Position numbers and translations under genes: made by a program. The notes under the pieces were generated by a model that was not told the origin of the DNA, ran no database searches, and saw nothing but the letters and a program-made list of their open reading frames with translations. Of a stretch of 20,000 nucleotides of DNA, positions 19,484 to 20,000 are shown one piece after another. The first letter of the stretch is position 1; the number at the start of each line of letters is the position of its first letter. Source of the DNA: Chiloscyllium plagiosum (lineage: Eukaryota); NCBI RefSeq assembly GCF_004010195.1, contig NC_057720.1, positions 29,418,569-29,438,568 on the forward strand, in the 5' to 3' direction.

Positions 19484-20000
19484 ATGTTGAAAAATGTGGT
19501 TCTGGAAAAACACAGCAGGCCAGGCAGCATCCGAGGAGCAGGAGAATCGACGTTTCGGGCATAAGCCCTTCTTCGGGAATGAGGCTGGTGTGCCAAGTGG
19601 GCTGAGATAAAAGGTAGGGGGGAGGGGAAATGAAGAAGCTGGAGAAACATACATTCATCCCATGTGGTTGGAGGGTTCCTAGGCGGAAGATGAGGCACTT
19701 TTCCTCCATGTGTCGTGTGGTCAGGCTCTGGCAATGGAGGAGGCCAAGGACCTGCATGTCATTGGCGGAGTGGGAGGGGAGTTAAAGTGTTCAGCCACGG
19801 GGCGGTTGGGTTGGTTGATGTGGGTGTCCCAGAGGGGTTCCCTGAAACATTCCGCAAGTAGACGGCCTGTCTCCCCAATGTAGAGGAGACCACATCGGGT
19901 GCAGCAGATACAGTAAATGTGTGTGGAGGTGCAGGTGAATTTGCGACGGATATGGAAGGATCCATTGGGGCCTTGGAGAGAGGTGGGGGGGGCGCGGGTG
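19484..20000 (-). mobile_element. Penelope-like element 3' part: GIY-YIG endonuclease plus pLTR (continues beyond window)
   Basis: Minus-strand translation 'QGPNGSFHIRRKFTCTSTHIYCICCTRCGLLYIGETGRLLAECFREPL..PVAEHFNSPSHS..MQVLGL..EEKCLIFRLGTLQPHGMN' is a PLE GIY-YIG domain (YIGET ~19868-19882), followed by the pLTR with a hammerhead motif. Confidence 0.95.
19544..19580 (-). ncRNA. Minimal hammerhead ribozyme motif with U-to-C change in the CUGA box
   Basis: Minus strand 'attcCCGAAGAaGGGCttatGCCCGAAACGTCgatt': perfect 4-bp helix II (GGGC-UUAU-GCCC), GAAA and GUC; first box reads CCGAAGA rather than CUGAAGA. Confidence 0.6.

Overview
Repeat-dense eukaryotic DNA, most likely intronic or intergenic sequence from a shark or other cartilaginous fish. 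That assignment is inferred from HE1-type V-SINEs and the CR1, Rex1 and Penelope families I recognise. No intact protein-coding gene is evident; the listed ORFs are transposon fragments or spurious. Main contents: (1) an old, internally deleted Gypsy LTR retrotransposon on the minus strand (~1753-5428) with both LTRs, a PPT, and gag/protease/RT/RNase H remnants; (2) a 5'-truncated Rex1/Babar LINE (7748-10076, minus) carrying a 565-bp Mutator-like (Phantom/FLYWCH-MULE-type) non-autonomous DNA transposon with 75-bp TIRs, a 9-bp TSD and a transposase C-terminal remnant; (3) a near full-length decayed CR1 LINE (14225-18461, plus); (4) a second Rex1; (5) four Penelope-like pieces, two of them fold-back structures, with minimal hammerhead-ribozyme motifs; (6) SINEs, short CR1 tails and a near-perfect 109-bp tandem duplication. 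A few splice-site-bounded candidate host exons are possible but weak. All family assignments come from motif recognition, not database searches.
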